Made by a program: the position numbers and the translations under genes. The notes beneath the pieces are model-generated. The model saw only the letters and a program-made list of their open reading frames with translations, was not told where the DNA came from and did not search any database. Shown in pieces: positions 50,544-62,999 of a DNA stretch of 64,000 bases. Origin of the DNA: Octopus bimaculoides (taxonomy: Eukaryota); the NCBI RefSeq assembly GCF_001194135.2, contig NC_069003.1, positions 17,808,833 through 17,872,832 on the forward strand, written 5' to 3'. Numbering within the stretch: the stretch's first letter is position 1; every line of letters begins with the position of its first letter.

Positions 50544-50996
50544 AAACAATTAAACAAAAAGTTTAATGGGCACAGATTCGACGTCAGGCACAATAACAGT
50601 AGTTTGACAGAACTTGTTGAACATTTCGTTTCAAACGGCTGCAATTTTGAAGAAGACTTGAAAGTGCATATTCTCAGAAAATATTCTGAATCTGCTTCAC
50701 TTTCATTTCTCAGAATGTATGAGGAGAAATATGTTTGCGGGTTATTAACATCACGCCCCGGAGGAATTAATAAGATGACACTAGAATATCATCAAATTTA
50801 TACAAAACTGTTTGATTAAATATTCTTCTTTTTTCTGTCTTTTTCTTTTCGCCTGGTTGCTCTCGTTCATACTTTACATTTAAGTTTCTATAATTTTGAA
50901 TTTTTATCACTTATTTTGAACTTGACAAAGACAGAGTAACTGTTGAAATATCGTTCAACCAATAAAATATCTATTACAATCGAATTGCGCTCTTCG
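50544..50996 (+). mobile_element. 3' end of a PLE (GIY-YIG C-terminus plus 3' UTR)
   Basis: FNGHRFD...LVEHF...LKVHIL...YEEKYVCGLLTSRPGGIN; hammerhead in the UTR. Confidence 0.85.
50911..50965 (+). ncRNA. Minimal hammerhead ribozyme, U3-A8 variant
   Basis: Stem I TTGAAC/GTTCAA plus TTATT/AATAA; core TTGACAA; stem II ACAG/CTGT; GAAA; palindromic ATAT; AUC site ending 50952. Confidence 0.7.
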
Positions 50997-50998
50997 TC

Positions 50999-51915
50999 TT
51001 GACTAATAATAATAACAACTACAAATTTATGAATAAAAATTATAATAGGAAAAAACTCAATTTTAATAATAGTGACAAAAAAGTTTATAGAAAAGAATAG
51101 ATCAACACATGTTATATGGTATAATGCTCCATTTTCATATTCAATAGCTTCTAATAAATTCTTTGCAGCACTAGATAGATATTTCCCACCTTCATGTAAA
51201 TATGGGAAATTATTTAATTGACATAGTGTTATGTTTTCATATTGACCCCCTAGAAATTTAACTGAGATTATTGCAGCACAAAATAAGCAGAGAATTAGAG
51301 GATATCTAAATTCTAAATCTATAAATAATTGTAGAACTGATGTATAGTGAAATGGACATTATTGATAATCATTTGGAACAAGGCTTAGATTCTATAATTG
51401 ATCAAAATGCTGATAATATAGTTAGTCTTGTATTAATATTAATTCTATTCATAATAGTAATTATAATCCAATCTTAACACCTATTTTACATATGGATGCT
51501 AGTAGAAATTCTTATAACTATGAGGGCAATTTACAAGTGAACAAATTCATGTGTAATTCTGTAAACAAACTCGATGCCCTTTCGGCAATCAGTGCTTAAA
51601 GAAGAATTTAGTATATCAGTGTGAAGTAATAACTAGACATCATAAATACTGGTATATTGGTTCTTCTACTAGTTGGAAATATAGATTTTATAATCATTCT
51701 AATTCCTCTAAATATAGAAGAAAATGTAATTCTACTAATCTTAGTAAATGCATTTGGAATCTAAAGGATAAGAATATTAAATATGATTTAAAGGGGTCTG
51801 TTATTATTTATGCACCATTGTATAATATTGGTAATTCTACTTGTAATCTTTGCCTTGAAGAATTATATTTTATAATTACTTCTAAATTAATTTTATTGAA
51901 CTTTAATGAGCACTT
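50999..51915 (+). mobile_element. Neptune-type PLE, linker and GIY-YIG portion (continuation of 48340-49378)
   Basis: VIWYNAPFS...YFPP...KLFN; QCLKKNLVYQC...WYIG...RFYNH...LSKCIWNLK...CNLCLEE...LLN. Confidence 0.85.
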
Positions 51916-51971
51916 AACTTTAAAATTTCAGGCCTTGTACCTTTAGTAGAAAAGATTACTATTATTATTAT

Positions 51972-52192
51972 AAAGGTGGTGAGCTAGCAGAATTGATAGC
52001 ATGCTGGACAACATGTTTAGCTACATTTCATCTGTCCTTATGTTCCGAGTTCAAATTCTGCCAAAGCCAACATTGCCTTTCATCCTTTCAAGCTCAATAA
52101 AACCAGTTGAACACTGGGATCAATGTAATTGACTTGCTCCCTCCCCTGATATTACTGGCCTTGTCCCAAAATTTGAAACCATTATTATTATT
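51972..52192 (+). mobile_element. tRNA-derived SINE, family 3 ((ATT)n tail)
   Basis: AAAGGTGGTGAGCTAGCAGAATTG head, GAGTTCAAATTC B box, GAAACCATTATTATT tail. Confidence 0.8.
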
Positions 52193-52212
52193 ATTTCTGT
52201 TTTGACATTCAG

Positions 52213-52378
52213 GCATCTGGACAAGTTTCGTCACTTTTTTGTGAGTATGCCCATTAGGTCACTGACCTCTGTCCACTCATGTTGTCACTCATGCCCTCAC
52301 AACCAGATCACCACAAACATTGGTCAAAGCTGTAACAGCACAAACAACTCTCGAAACCGGAATACTGAGAGCTTGCAG
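52213..52378 (+). CDS. USP44/USP49: USP44/49-like exon (HLDKFRHFFVSMPIR...ESLQ)
   Basis: Phase-2 start completes Gly from the previous exon; HL.KFR..F continues the Cys box as in USP49; donor CAG|gtaagt. Confidence 0.88.
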
Positions 52379-53330
52379 GTAAGTTCTTGTAACTATTGTT
52401 GTTGTTGTTGTTGTTGTTGTACACTACTCTTGCATGTGACTAGCACTTTTGAGTACTAGTTGCATGCCAATATATTTGAAGTGGACGCTGTCTTAACTGT
52501 GTGGACACTTGGTTAACCCTTTGCTTGTCCTGTGTACCACATGTGTTACCCAGGACATATTTCCCTAACATCCATGCATCATATATGACCCCCCCCCAAA
52601 CCACTAGAATAACTTGGGACTTACAAAAGGAAAACTTTGTATTACTTGGAACGTATGTCTACAAGGGCCAACTAAAAGCAGGGAATTTGAGGACAAACTT
52701 ATGAAAATACTTTGGATAGGCAAGAGTTAAGTTGCAATTGGTGAGTGAAACAAATAAAGATGCAGAATGGGTTTTCATTAGTATATGAAGATTAGGGTTA
52801 GGGATTGCTGGAAAAAGAGGGGAAGTGCCCACAGTCTTTGAAAGCCCTCTGAGACAGTGAGACGTTTATGTCATTGATATTTCACTTGAACCATCATTTG
52901 TATTATGGCTAGATGCTCTTCCTGTTGCAAGCCCTTCATTGGTTTTTCAGGTAAGAGATTTCTTTATTCCAGAGGTCTTTGAAAGTGTTGGTTGTGTGAG
53001 GGCCATAGATGTTACTAACCAAAAATGCCATGCAGTGGGAGTGAACCCAAAACTACATGGTCACAAAGCAACCTCCTTAGTCGTACAGTCATGCCTTAAC
53101 CTTCAGTTACCAGATTTCTGTTGAAAAACATTTCAATTAATTTTGAAACAAAATTTCACTAAAACACAACTTTGTCATTATTAAACTGGTGATTGAAGCA
53201 TAAATTAACATGAATTGTTGATGGAAGCTTTTTAGACCACAGTAAAACAGAAAGTGTGTATCTCAGAACCAGAAGATAGTTTCACTTGAGTTATAGAATG
53301 CATAGACTGATATAGTCATACAATAGTTAA

Positions 53331-53515
53331 CCCTTTTATTACAATATTTCTGTTGAAATACACTGCCTTTGTTTCAATTAATTTTGAGAATAAGAATTTA
53401 GGAAAACAATTTTATTATTAAGCTAGTATTTATAACATAAACCAACATGAAATATTTATTGAAGAATTTGTATCATAGAATCGGGGGAAGTTTTGGGTGG
53501 TTAAGTATCAAAGGG
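53331..53515. mobile_element. piggyBac-type MITE family B
   Basis: TTAA|CCCTTT...AAAGGG|TTAA. Confidence 0.75.
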
Positions 53516-55531
53516 TTAAAATCACCTGTGAATGTAGAAAGACAATGTTTGTTAATTAAGGTAATGAATAGAATTAAATTACATCTATTTATATATTTCA
53601 TGATTTTCTGTTTTTATTTNNNNNNNNNNNNNNNNNNNNNNNNNNNNNNNNNNNNNNNNNNNNNNNNNNNNNNNNNNNNNNNNNNNNNNNNNNNNNNNNN
53701 NNNNNNNNNNNNNNNNNNNNNNNNNNNNNNNNNNNNNNNNNNNNNNNNNNNNNNNNNNNNNNNNNNNNNNNNNNNNNNNNNNNNNNNNNNNNNNNNNNNN
53801 NNNNNNNNNNNNNNNNNNNNNNNNNNNNNNNNNNNNNNNNNNNNNNNNNNNNNNNNNNNNNNNNNNNNNNNNNNNNNNNNNNNNNNNNNNNNNNNNNNNN
53901 NNNNNNNNNNNNNNNNNNNNNNNNNNNNNNNNNNNNNNNNNNNNNNNNNNNNNNNNNNNNNNNNNNNNNNNNNNNNNNNNNNNNNNNNNNNNNNNNNNNN
54001 NNNNNNNNNNNNNNNNNNNNNNNNNNNNNNNNNNNNNNNNNNNNNNNNNNNNNNNNNNNNNNNNNNNNNNNNNNNNNNNNNNNNNNNNNNNNNNNNNNNN
54101 NNNNNNNNNNNNNNNNNNNNNNNNNNNNNNNNNNNNNNNNNNNNNNNNNNNNNNNNNNNNNNNNNNNNNNNNNNNNNNNNNNNNNNNNNNNNNNNNNNNN
54201 NNNNNNNNNNNNNNNNNNNNNNNNNNNNNNNNNNNNNNNNNNNNNNNNNNNNNNNNNNNNNCGCTCTTCCGATCTCATATATATATATATATTTGTGTGT
54301 GTGTGTGTCTGCAAGTATATGTGTGAGTGTGTGTATTTTCATATTTCCTTGTCTTGGTATCACATGATAGTTGTAAACAAGTGTCGCAGTTATACATGTG
54401 GTGTCATTCATTTGCAATCTTCTGTGAAAACTGCTGCTGTTGGTGCCACATAAAATGCACCCAGTACACTCTGTAAAGTGGTTGGTATTAGGAAAGGCAT
54501 CCAGCTGTAGATACCATGCCAAAACAGGCAATGGAGCTTGGTGTGGCCACCTGCCTTACCAGCTCCAGTCAAACTCTCCAACCCATGCCAGTGTGGAAAA
54601 CAGTTATTCCATGCCAGCATGGAAAATGGATGATGATGATGGTGGTCATATCTGATCATAAGGATATCATTCAACTATGGTAGTAGCTGAATAATATTTT
54701 TTAAGGCTGCAATTTACTCACACACAGCATTTATCAGAGCCTGTCATTAATTCAGTTCTTAACCAATTGGAAAACCATTGACATTTTTAAAAAGGACTGG
54801 TCCCTAGCTACAGTTTGGCATTTAAAAAATTGAGATTTGATCCAGTAGAAAAAAGTTTACATCAAAATTTGTAGCAACATTATAGGAGAGTAAGTAACGC
54901 CACCAATCAAGTTTAGATCTGAATAACTTTTTTATTTTAAAAGCAAAATATATTTATCTTAGCTCCAATAATAGAAGAAAACATAAAGAATTTCATAGTT
55001 TTGGTCGCATACAACAAAAATTTGTATCAAAAAAGTTGTGAGGTAAAATATCATGAAAAAATATAAGTAAGGCAAAAAATTGGATTTAAGTATAATTAAC
55101 TTTTTGTATTTTAAAAACAAACTATATTTTAATTAAGCTTAAATGATAGAACTCAATTTGAGGAATTTCATGGCATGAATCTCATGCAATGAAGTTCTAA
55201 AAGAAAAATGTTATGAGTATTTGTTTCTCAAATTTAAGGGTGATAATATATTTCTATACGTTTCATGGATTTAGTTCTATAAGGGGACTTTTCACATATG
55301 TCACTGGTATCATTAAAGTAAGGAGAAGATTATCAATGGCACCATGAGGAATTTCATAGTTTTCGTCTCATTAAATTAAATATTTTTTTTATTGTTTTTG
55401 TATTTCAATTAAAAAATAAAATTTGCACACTCATAAATCTTTCACATTCATAATTTGAATTGACAATTAATCTACATTCATATTTTAATCAGTTGCCTGT
55501 TAATTGCTCTATTTTTCACTCTTCTTACTAG

Positions 55532-55581
55532 GCTTGTTACTATATAGGTCATAATACAATTTCTTCTGCAATTTATAAAAG
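55532..55581 (+). CDS. Candidate linker exon (ACYYIGHNTISSAIYK)
   Basis: Strong acceptor tttttcactcttcttactAG; phase 0-2 bridges 52378 to 57058; donor AG|gttttt is weak; no sequence similarity recognised. Confidence 0.25.
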
Positions 55582-55969
55582 GTTTTTTATCTTGAAAATA
55601 TTCTTTATATTACAATTAGTTTCTTAATTAATTTTAATTAATTAAGGATATATTTTTCAGATAAATTATTACATATTTTTTTTTGCATGTTTTTTTTTGT
55701 TGTAATTTGTTTCAATATAATTATTATATATTAACATAAAACAAACACTCGATTTTTTAATAATAAATATCGCTTGCATGCTTTAATTTTAATGTTACTC
55801 ATTATTGGTGGGGTAGAATTGAATCCAGAGCCTTGGATTAATAAAAAGGATAATGATAATAAGGGGAGGGGGTAATCAATTGGATGATGAAGAAAAGGAA
55901 ACATGCTCAAGAAAAAATCAATTGACATATTATTAATTAGCATAATAGCATAGCCTGAAAAAAACATGG

Positions 55970-56817
55970 ATTACATGGGAAAATGCCAGCAAGAGAGATA
56001 ATATTCTTAAACTTATAAACCTGGAAAAGTAAAGGACAAGTTATTACACTTGGAAAAGTTCAGGATAACTTATTACATCTGGTAGAGTACAGAACAAGAA
56101 CATTTTTACTTAAAATATTGCAGCTAAGGATAAAATTTGAATATTAAAAATCATGTGATTTCTACTTACAAAGTAACATTATAATAAAAAAAAAGGTATC
56201 GTCATTTTGGTAAAATATTGACACACTAGAATACTTAAAAAATGTTTTATGCAAAGTAGAATAATATATCTGGTAGGCAAATTCATTATGTAAAAAATAG
56301 GCATTGGGTCAAGACTAAAAATGTGAAGACTTGACCATAACTTAGGCAATAACTCAAGCACATTTTACTGTGAATTTGTTGTTATAGGTAGATTTTACTG
56401 TAATATATAACTAATTTTTGTATTATCCTATTTATTGTACTGACTAATTATGTACTGCTATTATTTTTTATAACCTATTTTCTAATTATTAATTAATAAT
56501 TTTAAAAATTGATTTTTTTAAAGTGCAAAAAATATTTTGAGTTATTTTTTAAATTTTAATAGAAGTAACAAGTAATAACAAATAGAAGTAATAGCTTGTA
56601 ATAAAATTTTTAATTTTAATATAAGCTAATATTTTCTAAATATTGTATTTTAAATTTTCTTAGCTGCAATATTTTAAGTGAAAATTTTCTTGTTCTCTAC
56701 TTTACCAGATGTAATAACTTCTCCTGGACTTTTCCATGTGTAATAACTTGTCCTTTACTTTTCCATGTTCACATGCTTAAGAATATTATTTCCCTTGCTC
56801 ACATTTTTCCATGTAAT
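55970..56817. mobile_element. Foldback/MITE-like element with long inverted arms
   Basis: About 55970-56140 is the reverse complement of about 56645-56817; arms contain a short GGAAAAGT...TTATTACA subrepeat. Confidence 0.75.
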
Positions 56818-57057
56818 ATTACTTTAGTTGGAAACAGGTGAGGATTTTGGCCACAGGAAGAGCATATGGTTGTAGAAAATCATATCTCAATAAATTCTGA
56901 ACAGCCCATGCAAGCATGGAAAAGTGAATGTTAAATCAAGATGTTGATGTTGTTATTGCTACTGTTGTCTTCCTCATTGCCTCTGTTACTATTAAACAAT
57001 TAAGCATTGACTTGTATTCTAAACCTGATTCACTATTGTATTAAACATTCATTTCAG

Positions 57058-57207
57058 CTCCCTTTGTGAAGAACTACGGTCTCTATTCCAAGCTCTCTGG
57101 TCTGGCCAGTCATCCGTTGTCAGCCCAAATGCTTTACTCCAAGCTGTCTGGGATTATATTCCAGCTTTCCAAGGTTATTCACAACAAGACGCACAAGAGT
57201 TTTTGAG
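57058..57207 (+). CDS. USP44/USP49: USP44/49-like exon with QQDAQEF motif
   Basis: [49 protein letters not shown]; acceptor atttcAG, donor AG|gtagtg. Confidence 0.93.
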
Positions 57208-57584
57208 GTAGTGCAATTGTTATTTCCAATTTATTTTAACTACTGTTTACATCTATGAGCTCCAATTAGCAATTAACCCTGGATCTGTTGTACACACCTT
57301 CCCTTTTAACCCTCTTGTTACCATATTTTTGTTGAAATGCAGGATGGGCCAAAGGTCACACACAAAATAAGTTCTATATGCTCCAGAATTGTCAGACATG
57401 CTTCACTTTTTCTAAAACTGAATAAAATAAAATGATGATGAATACACACATACTTGAACAACATAAATGTGATATAAAAAAATGCCAAATGTTTTGGCAC
57501 ATGACTTTTGGCCCACCCCCTATACTACCTTTATTTCAATTAATTTTAGAAATAATGAAGAATTTAGTAAAATAATCTTGTCAG

Positions 57585-57950
57585 AAGTTGGCTTACCAAC
57601 CACATAGTTTCAAGTTCAATTCCACTGCATATCACCTTTAGGAAGTATCTTCTACTGTAGCCCAAGGCCGTCCAAACCTTGTGAGTGGATTTGGTAGGTG
57701 GAAAGAAGCTTGTAGGTGTGTATCTTTGTGCACATGTGTTTCTGTGTTGTGTTTTTGTTTGACCTCTACCACCGCTTGACAATCAGTGTTGGTTTGGTTA
57801 CATCCTTGTAACTTAGTGGTCCAGCAAAATAAACCAATAGAATAAGTACCAGGCTTTAAAAAAAATTTCCAGGGTCAATTTGTTTTGCTGAAGACCCTTC
57901 AAGATGGTGCTTCAGCATAGCTGCAGTCCAATGACTAAAACAAGTAAACG
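57585..57950 (+). mobile_element. tRNA-derived SINE, family 1, degenerate
   Basis: Matches other copies. Confidence 0.7.
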
Positions 57951-58292
57951 ACAAAAAAAAAAAGGGATAAAATTTTGATGGCAGCCTCAGGTGAGTTACT
58001 GGATACATGGACTGATGGAGTCATACAAAATTTAACCTTTTTGTTACCGTATTTCTCTTGAAATACTCTGCATTTGACTCAAATTTAGAAAAGTAACTTT
58101 GTTGTTATCCCAAGCTGGTGTTTGGAACATAAATTAGCACAAAATTTTGAAAGGTTTTAATTTAGACCACCTTATAACAGGGAATTTGTATATTTGTATA
58201 CAAGGTGGGGAGTCTTAAGTGAGTTACAGAACTCACAGACTCATGAGGAGGTGACACAGTATTCAACCTCATTATTAATATTGTTGTTATAT

Positions 58293-58660
58293 AAGGCGGT
58301 GAGGTGGCAGAATTGTTAGCATACTGGACGAAATGCTTAGCAGCATTTCACCCGTTGCTATGTTCTGAGTTCCTCCCCACAAAATCCAGGCCTTGCGTCT
58401 ATAGTAGAAAAGATTATTATTAAGGCAGCAAGCTGGCAGAATCGTTAGCACGCCGGGCGGAATGCTTAGTGGCATTTTGTCCATCTTTATGTTCTGAGTT
58501 CAAATTCTGCCAAGGTCAACTTTGCCTTTCACCCTTTTGGGGTTGATAGATTAAGTACCAGTGAAACGCGGGTCAATGTAATCGACTAGTCCTCTCCCCA
58601 CCAAATTTCAGGCCTTGTGTCTTTAGTAGAAAGGATTATTATTATTATAATTATTATTGA
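58293..58660 (+). mobile_element. Two tandem family 3 SINEs (58293-58421 internally deleted; 58422-58660)
   Basis: Two AAGGC.G..AG.TGGCAGAAT heads, each after an ATT tract. Confidence 0.8.
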
Positions 58661-59130
58661 GTGAGAGAGCAGCACATGTCACCAAAGTGACACTGGGGTA
58701 CAGATATACGAAGCTCAATATACCCATCATGACTACCTGTCTGGTAAGGGCACACAAGCATATGTGCATGACAATGCATGACCTTGCTGGTGGGTTCTAG
58801 TTAGAATTTTATTCAGGTCAGGTAGCTCATCCTGCTCAAAAGGTCACTGGATAAGGGTTGTTTAAGGATGTTAAACAAAACACCCATTTTTCCAGAGGTG
58901 AATTATTCAAACCTCAAAGAATTCCTCTCAACATGTGGCTATGATACTCCCTCACTACTTCTGCTCATGATCAGAGATGCACATATATCATCAGCCGTTA
59001 AGAGACATACTCAATATTTATGGTCAAACAACTGACAAGCAGATCTGTGATATTGAGCAGAATATTTGCTGTAAGCTCATCTTTTATACCTAGGCAAAAC
59101 GGGTACATGATAACATTTCCAATCAGTTAA
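58657..59130 (-). mobile_element. Unclassified (AAT)n-tailed interspersed repeat
   Basis: Second copy at 63577-64000. Confidence 0.75.
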
Positions 59131-59147
59131 GATTGCATTAGGCATTA

Positions 59148-59186
<39 letters not shown>

Positions 59187-62100
59187 GTCATGGAAATTTG
59201 GTGCTCCATAAGTTGAAAAAGTATTTGAAATCTTTTCAGCCTTCTAAGGCTCCATGTTTACATTTTTATTTTTACCATTGCATTTCTGTGATTGTCAGGA
59301 CTGCGCAGATAGTATTTTTGTGTAGAAACACCCCCTGCAAAATAGGGGATGCACATCAATAATTTTTGAATTTTAACTACTTTCGGCAAAAGCAAATATT
59401 TTGCAATTTTCTGTACTTATCTAAAGATGGCTGATAAAGAAGCCATCATAATGTTTGACAAACGAACATCCTCCTTGTTAGAAAAATTGAAAATGATGAA
59501 AAAATTAAATATAAGGATATCAATGACGTCTCCAGCTATCACAGCTAACGCCTTGCCAAGATTAGGGTGCTAACCATTATCTGGTTAGTGGTGACCATCT
59601 TGGCAGGTTCAGAAGATGAAGTCACAATATTGGAGGTCAAGAAACTACCTATGCAAAACTGCAATGCAAGCCGGACCATATCGACCAGCTGTCCAATCTA
59701 ATTGATCTCCTGGATGGTACTCACCTGTTAGTGTTCATGGAGTATAGAAAGACAAGATACCACATATGTGGATCTATAAAAGTCCCACTGCTGCAACATT
59801 ACAAACAAAGACAGACTTTTAATTAAAACGTCATCAGACATTTATAATACAATAAGAGGAAAATTCTGAGCTAGTGAGGGGATTTTTTAAAAATCAGTTG
59901 ATGAAAGGCTGTTGGAAGGGCCTTTTAAAAATTTTCATCAGTAGAGAGGCCAAGTACTTCCAGGCTTCTCAAAAATCAAGCCGAGTAACCTCCTCTTTTT
60001 CTTTCTCCAAGTAGCATGCCTGTGCTGAGAAGTGGGGTCTGGAATCAGCTTGAAAGTAAGGTCACTTGCTCAATGATCTCAGGTCGCTTGATTTGGATGT
60101 GGCTGCCATTAGTGAAACAAAATCTCCAGAAAACATGCTCTAACATTCATTTTTGAGGACTATGAGGTATTTTCATCTTGTGGTCTATTGGGAGTGGGTG
60201 GCAGTGTAGCAGTGCTACTCTGGAAATCCTACTTTTCCAAGTACAGGCTATCTTCCTGGACTCAGATAGTAGGGTGGTGGTTCTGGACATGAATGGCAGT
60301 GAAGGTGGTGCCTTTAGATTGATGGAGCTTTATGCCCCAACAGGGGCAGGAAGGCCAGATTTCTTCAGGTGTCTAGAAACATTCTTGGGAACGTCTCACA
60401 CTTTAGTACTAGTGGGGTACTGGAATAGTATTTTGGACACATGGAAGGACTGTGTGGGTTTAATACATAGCAAAAGTGGGTGTAAAAACCTCGGAAACCT
60501 GCTCAGGACTTTCCAGTTTTCTGACAAGAACTGGCTGGATTTCCCTGATGTGCCAGTGTGGACCTGGAGCCAGTGGGTTATCCAGATCATATTTAGATAG
60601 AGTATTTGTTAGGTCAGAGGATAGGAATAGCATAGGTTGTCTGCAATTTAAATTGGTCGGCTACACAGATCACAAATTTGTGATATGCTCAGTCACTTAG
60701 ATAGGACCCGTAGACAGGGACCTGGTTACTGGAAGTTGAATGCCTCCCTACCAGCTCACAAAGACTACAGGGACTGGATTAGTGAACTAGTTAAGCGGCA
60801 GTTGATGGTGGCTATCAACAACCGGTGGTGGATCAATCTGAAGAGAGCAATTAGCTAGACTCGATAGTGTTTAGTAAAGATTTAGAAATAGATTAGAGGG
60901 AGAACTAGTTAGCAAACTAGAAGAGGCTATTAGTAAAAGCATTGTGACTGACGTGTTAGTGGCGAGAATGGCCCTTGACCATTTCTTTGAGGTGAAACAC
61001 AAAGGGTGCATTGTTGGAGCTAAGACCTGTGCACTAAGATACGAAGGAACTAAAGCTGTCTGATAGGCCCAAATGGTAGATGCGCAACATGGAAACAAAA
61101 CCACAATCAAAACTTTGACGGATCAGGATGGACATGTGCTACTCGGTTCTGAGCAGATGTGTGCAGCTTTCCAGTAGCGCTTTGTACGGCTGTTTGGGGA
61201 GGGTGATGGGTCAACGATGGTAACGAACTTTATTTCGTACCTAGATAGCCTACCACGGCTCTCAGTAGTGGATGCAAGATTCTGCGGAAACTTGATTACA
61301 GCCACAGAAATATGGGAGGTGATGAGCGATTGCACAAGTCACAAACCACCAGGTTTGGATGGTCTGCTCTATGAATTCTATGTTTTCATACGAGATTTGT
61401 TTAGCAGCCTCTTGGCAGACATCTACAGTAACTGGCAGCAGAATGGGAGAATTCCCAGTGCTGTTAGCCAAGGTGTGGTAACGCTGCTGAGAAAGAACAC
61501 TGACAGTGGGGACATGCTAGGGAATTTTCAGCCCATTACTCTGCTAAACACAGAGGTGTTAGCGAAAAGGCTGGTGCTTGTCATTGGTAGTCTGGTCAGG
61601 GAGACACAAACATGCACAATCCCAAGCAGGTCTATCCACGATAACCTCCACCATATGCAATACATCTTTGAGAGGGCTGGGACTAAAGCTGGCTTCAGTG
61701 GGGCCCTGATCGATTTATTTCAGTCAAAAGCTTTCTATAGGATTGACCAGTGCTACTTGGAAGCTGTCCCATTTTCAGAGACTGCATTTCTGCAATGCAC
61801 AGTGGTACCTGCTCGGTGGTCAAAGTAAATGGCCACTTTTGGAACCACTTAGCATCGCACATTCGGACCGTCAGGGCTGCCCACTGTCACTTTTTCTGTA
61901 TGTGCTGGCTTTTGAGCCACTGCTGTGGAAGTTGGAACAGTTAAGAGGCCTCCCTTTTGCCATTGAACTCGGGAGGACAGTGTCTGCATACACAGACGAC
62001 ATCACTGTCATGGTGTCAGACACCTCTGAAATGGAAACGGTTGGCTCCATTATAAAGGAATATGAGTCAGTTGCAGGGGCCAAAATCAACACTGACAAGT

Positions 62101-62748
62101 CCGTAGAATTGCAACTGGGCACCTGGAGAGGCAGATCGATGCCGTTGGATGCTGGACTGATGAAGCAGTTAAACTGCTCAGGGTCTGGTTTGGTCCAAGC
62201 CTTCAGGTGGATAAGAATTAGGAAGAGGTGACGAATGGGGTGGCCTGTCTTACCCAGAAGTGGGCAGAGAGGAAGTAGTCTCTGAAAGGTTAGGCAGAGG
62301 TGGCAAATGCCAGCATTCCCTCTGCTATTATTTATCATCTGACCGTTGTGTCTTGCCCCAGTTACTACTTGATTAGATTGGAGCGTATCCTGTTTATTTT
62401 CTTGTGGAAGGGACATATTCCAATGGTCAGGTGGGTGGTCTGCTGCCAACTTCCTTTGCATGGTGGTTTAGACAAGCCATGGCTTTTAATGCATAGAGAT
62501 GCACCCAGGTTGCGCCATCTGCAACAATTTCTAGAAGGTGAACGTGTATGAGCTCCATTTGTGAGACACACCTTTCCACAGCTTGTTTCCTTGACGGAGC
62601 TGCAGTCCTGGGTAAAGGATAAGCCGAGACTTTTTTTAACAATCATTCCATCTTCTGTAAACCCCAATGCATTGTCTGTCTTTGTATTGTCCCCCTCATC
62701 TTTCACCCTGGTGGCAAATAAAATAAATCATTATTATTATTATTATTG
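59187..62748 (+). mobile_element. Tx1-clade LINE, degenerate, with 3' internal deletion
   Basis: Putative ORF1 relic; APE DLDVAAISETK; RT FQSKAFYRI and VSAYTDDITV; 3' UTR and (ATT)n tail at 62630-62748. Confidence 0.85.
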
Positions 62749-62999
62749 ACATTGACACCAGCACAAACACGGACAACAACAGCAACAAACCAAACGTCAA
62801 TGGTTTCACCTTGGCAGCGAAGCAAACTAAAGAAATTATTGATTTAACAATTAATGAAATAGAAACTGCAAAGGGGTTGTTTAGGAAGGAAGAAAACAAT
62901 GTCTTCCTTAACATCCCTCAAGAATTGATAAAGGAGACAAATCAAAAAAACGGTCATATACAGGACATTGAATATAAAGTGAAAAAAAAGGGTAGAATG

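Noticed and set aside
57985-58002. Consensus donor CAG|gtgagt as the next USP exon
   Set aside because: Same motif occurs in the MITE family B end (about 47565); no coding frame upstream
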